In this document: piece by piece, positions 6,843 to 8,536 of the stretch
How positions within the stretch are numbered: position 1 is the first letter of the stretch
How the letters are laid out: every line of letters begins with the position of its first letter
Virus record (IMG/VR): IMGVR_UViG_2737471865_000006
Coordinates: 1-8,536 of that record
Origin: a virus
Lineage: Duplodnaviria; Heunggongvirae; Uroviricota; Caudoviricetes
Length of the DNA stretch: 8,536 bases
Strand: one strand, 5' to 3'
Program-made: the position numbers and the translations under genes
The notes under the pieces: generated by a model
What the model saw: only the letters and a program-made list of their open reading frames with translations
Told to the model about the DNA's origin: nothing
Database searches by the model: none

Positions 6843-7121
6843 TTACCTCCAGATCCGTTGCTGGTATGTGCGGGATGGGCGCGGTGGGCGTTCGGAATAA
6901 GGGAGCCTGACATAGATTATCCAGTGACGATAATCGAGGCTGAGGGCTTTCTTAATCTCGTATCCGCGTCTGCGATAGTTATGAATTAGCCATTCGGCCT
7001 GTTCTTCAGTACATGGGTCATGCTGGAACCAGTCAGATTTGAAAGTGCGGGAACGCCGCCCGTGCCTGCTGGCAAAGACGGCAGAATCATCAGAATTGTG
7101 TAATTTGGTATCGTGCGCCAT
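6843..7121 (-). CDS. Hypothetical small basic protein, 92 aa, upstream of the DUF968 gene
   Basis: ATG at 7119-7121; ORF-track start at 7202 rejected because it overlaps the terminator at 7194-7218; stop is translationally coupled to the DUF968 start. No recognisable family. Confidence 0.45.
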   Translation of the reverse strand: MAHDTKLHNSDDSAVFASRHGRRSRTFKSDWFQHDPCTEEQAEWLIHNYRRRGYEIKKALSLDYRHWIIYVRLPYSERPPRPSRTYQQRIWR

Positions 7122-7193
7122 CGGTTGTCTCTGCTGGCGCAGCAGGTGCCAGTTGTTCAGGCTGGCGTGCGAATTGTAAACCAGAATGCCAGG

Positions 7194-7218
7194 AAAAAAC
7201 AAAAACCGCCGAAGCGGG
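7194..7218 (-). terminator. Intrinsic terminator with UUCG tetraloop
   Basis: Minus-strand RNA CCGC-UUCG-GCGG followed by UUUUUGUUUUUU. Confidence 0.55.
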
Positions 7219-7417
7219 TATGCTAAAACAAACTGAAAGTAATATACCGGACTTGTAAAGGAACGATAGAATAATTATTGGATTAAACCCTGACTCAATC
7301 CAGATTTCATAGGCAACAACTACGGACTAATCATCACAGTCATGTTTGATAGACTTAGTCCACATTGGGTGAGGGTTTACGGCGTTTTCACTAATAATTT
7401 ATCGTCCAAGCTATACA

Positions 7418-7810
7418 CTACTGCCCTGTTTTAACGAAGTTTTTAAAGGAAACAACTGCCTGATAGGGGTTTGGTTGACAGCCAAACATATTATCGCAAA
7501 AAGGCTTGATGAAAATTCTTGAGGATCCATCTTCATTTGGCATTTTACTCACTTGATAAGCGAGGAATGGACTATTTGGAGAGGGATTATAAGTGGAAAT
7601 TAGCGTGTCTGTCGCCGTTTGAATTTTCCATGAGGAATTATTAGCCAACCAGAATTGCGCTCGTTTCCAATAAAAGTCACATTGCTTTTCATCATTACAT
7701 GTTAGTGGCTTCATTGCTTCTGCTTTCAACGCTGGATCGACCTTTGCTGCACACCCTCCCAACATTACTGTTGCAATCATTACACCTGCGACTAAAACAA
7801 GTTTCTTCAT
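7418..7810 (-). CDS. Secreted lipoprotein, 130 aa, unknown function (AT-rich cargo gene)
   Basis: Signal peptide MKKLVLVAGVMIATVMLGGC with lipobox LGGC; four further Cys in the mature part; lower GC than flanking genes; bracketed by terminators on both sides. Confidence 0.7.
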   Translation of the reverse strand: MKKLVLVAGVMIATVMLGGCAAKVDPALKAEAMKPLTCNDEKQCDFYWKRAQFWLANNSSWKIQTATDTLISTYNPSPNSPFLAYQVSKMPNEDGSSRIFIKPFCDNMFGCQPNPYQAVVSFKNFVKTGQ

Positions 7811-7861
7811 CTCCCTGCCCCATCAATAAAAGTTCGGTTCTCTAATAACTAGAGTTAATCA

Positions 7862-7884
7862 ACGGAAAAAACGCCGAAGCGGGT
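7862..7884 (-). terminator. Terminator-like hairpin downstream of hok
   Basis: Minus-strand RNA CCGC-UUCG-GCG followed by UUUUUUCCG, about 70 nt after the hok stop; short stem; nearly identical in sequence to the 7194-7218 element. Confidence 0.45.
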
Positions 7885-7953
7885 TAAGTGCGGGTGCGTT
7901 GAGGATGCCTGACACATCAGAGGTGGCGAGGGATTTCTCCCCCGCCAGGTCTC

Positions 7954-8109
7954 TTACTCCTCAGGTTCGTAAGCTGTGAAGACAGCGACCTCCGTCTGGC
8001 CGGTTCGGATTCGTACCTCGCAGAGGTCTTTCCTCGTTACCAGTGCCGTCACAATGACGGTTAAACAGATGACGATCAGGGCGATTAACATCGCCTTTTG
8101 CTGCTTCAT
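7954..8109 (-). CDS. hok: Hok/Gef-family type I toxin (small membrane-depolarising peptide)
   Basis: 51 aa MKQQKAMLIALIVICLTVIVTALVTRKDLCEVRIRTGQTEVAVFTAYEPEE, which matches HokD/HokC (Gef) as recalled; ATG at 8107-8109 with AAGGAG 8 nt upstream. Confidence 0.85.
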   Translation of the reverse strand: MKQQKAMLIALIVICLTVIVTALVTRKDLCEVRIRTGQTEVAVFTAYEPEE

Positions 8110-8166
8110 AGCCTGCTTCTCCTTGCCTTTCGGCACGTAAGAGGCTAACCTAGATTTGCCGTTCAT
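7954..8166 (-). CDS. mok: Mok-like overlapping reading frame (in-frame N-terminally extended Hok)
   Basis: In-frame 19-codon extension MNGKSRLASYVPKGKEKQA upstream of hok, ATG at 8164-8166 with GAGG 9 nt upstream; same arrangement as mokC/hokC as recalled. Confidence 0.55.
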   Translation of the reverse strand: MNGKSRLASYVPKGKEKQAMKQQKAMLIALIVICLTVIVTALVTRKDLCEVRIRTGQTEVAVFTAYEPEE

Positions 8167-8230
8167 AGATTGAGCCTCAGATTAATGTTAAGCGTCTTGC
8201 AGGACGCGTAATGTTAACTGGGGCTTTTCT

Positions 8231-8266
8231 CTATCTGCCTTTGGTGTTCATGCCTGAGGCAGATAG
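8231..8266. repeat. Perfect 10-bp inverted repeat in the hok leader region
   Basis: CTATCTGCCT (8231-8240) and AGGCAGATAG (8257-8266) with a 16-nt loop. Adjacent are two TAATGTTAA direct repeats (8183-8191 and 8209-8217) flanking the hairpin GCGTC-N6-GACGC (8192-8207). Confidence 0.6.
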
Positions 8267-8465
8267 CCTCAAGCACCCGCAGCAATTCTACTTAACTCAC
8301 CTCACCTCGCCAATATAAAATCAATCAGAAAGGCGATCCATAAGAACAACAGCAAGGCAATAAATTGCCATTACAGCGTAAGCATCCGGTGAAGGCGCAT
8401 TGCCGGCCGTCGTAAACCACGCCATTCTGCAGGCTCTTCCTTTATATGCAAAAGTGAGAAACCTG

Positions 8466-8536
8466 ATGGCAAAAAAAATGACCCCGGCGCAGCGACGCCA
8501 GCACTACGACGCCTGGCGCGCCTTCTCCGCTGACGA
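8466..8536 (+). CDS. 5' end of an unidentified plus-strand gene running off the window
   Basis: ATG at 8466 then MAKKMTPAQRRQHYDAWRAFSAD with no stop before the window end; divergent from hok. Only 23 codons visible; weak ribosome-binding site. Confidence 0.3.
   Translation, partial: MAKKMTPAQRRQHYDAWRAFSAD

Larger units (their letters stand above)
1..8536. mobile_element. Lambdoid prophage segment: nin-region genes, Q, pR'/tR', cargo genes, lysis cassette, HNH/terminase packaging module
   Basis: Gene order hok, rusA, Q, holin, endolysin, HNH, TerS, TerL on one strand; overlapping or tightly spaced stop/start codons; AT-rich cargo islands between conserved modules. Confidence 0.85.

Noticed and set aside
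6769-6913. N-terminal extension of the 373-aa ORF (MSGSLIPNAHRAHPAHTSNGSGGNVRILLRP...)
   Set aside because: Low-complexity sequence that overlaps the 3' end of the upstream gene in another frame; a GTG at 6841 with a strong ribosome-binding site and stop/start coupling is a better start.
8167-8465. Looked for relE/relB upstream of hok, as in the relBEF arrangement
   Set aside because: No minus-strand reading frame of adequate length or RelE-like translation was found; only a 34-codon ORF (plus 8321-8425) with a poorly placed ribosome-binding site, so the region is treated as hok leader.
1-8536. CRISPR arrays, IS elements or transposase genes
   Set aside because: No regularly spaced direct repeats, no terminal inverted repeats bounding a transposase-like ORF, and no transposase motifs in any long ORF.

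Overview
The window is a segment of a lambdoid prophage (Escherichia/enterobacterial type) with every supported gene on the minus strand. Reading in the direction of transcription (high to low coordinates): a Hok/Mok type I toxin locus (7954-8166); an AT-rich lipoprotein cargo gene flanked by direct repeats of a terminator motif (7418-7810); a small gene, a DUF968-like gene, rusA and the Q antiterminator (5032-7121); a late promoter pR' with a short-transcript terminator tR' (4912-5027); a cargo slot holding an ORF6N-domain gene and an AT-rich AppY-like AraC-family regulator with its own promoter and terminators (3433-4758); a lysis cassette of holin, second membrane protein and T5-type M15 peptidase endolysin (2269-3306); and an HK97-style packaging module of HNH endonuclease, P27-family small terminase and large terminase (13-1680). 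The most notable points are the AraC regulator sitting in the position that stx occupies in Stx phages, the standalone hok/mok locus, the repeat-flanked lipoprotein insertion, and a large-terminase frame that closes after only 228 codons. All protein family assignments are from reading translated motifs by eye; no database search was run. No tRNA, CRISPR array or IS element was seen.
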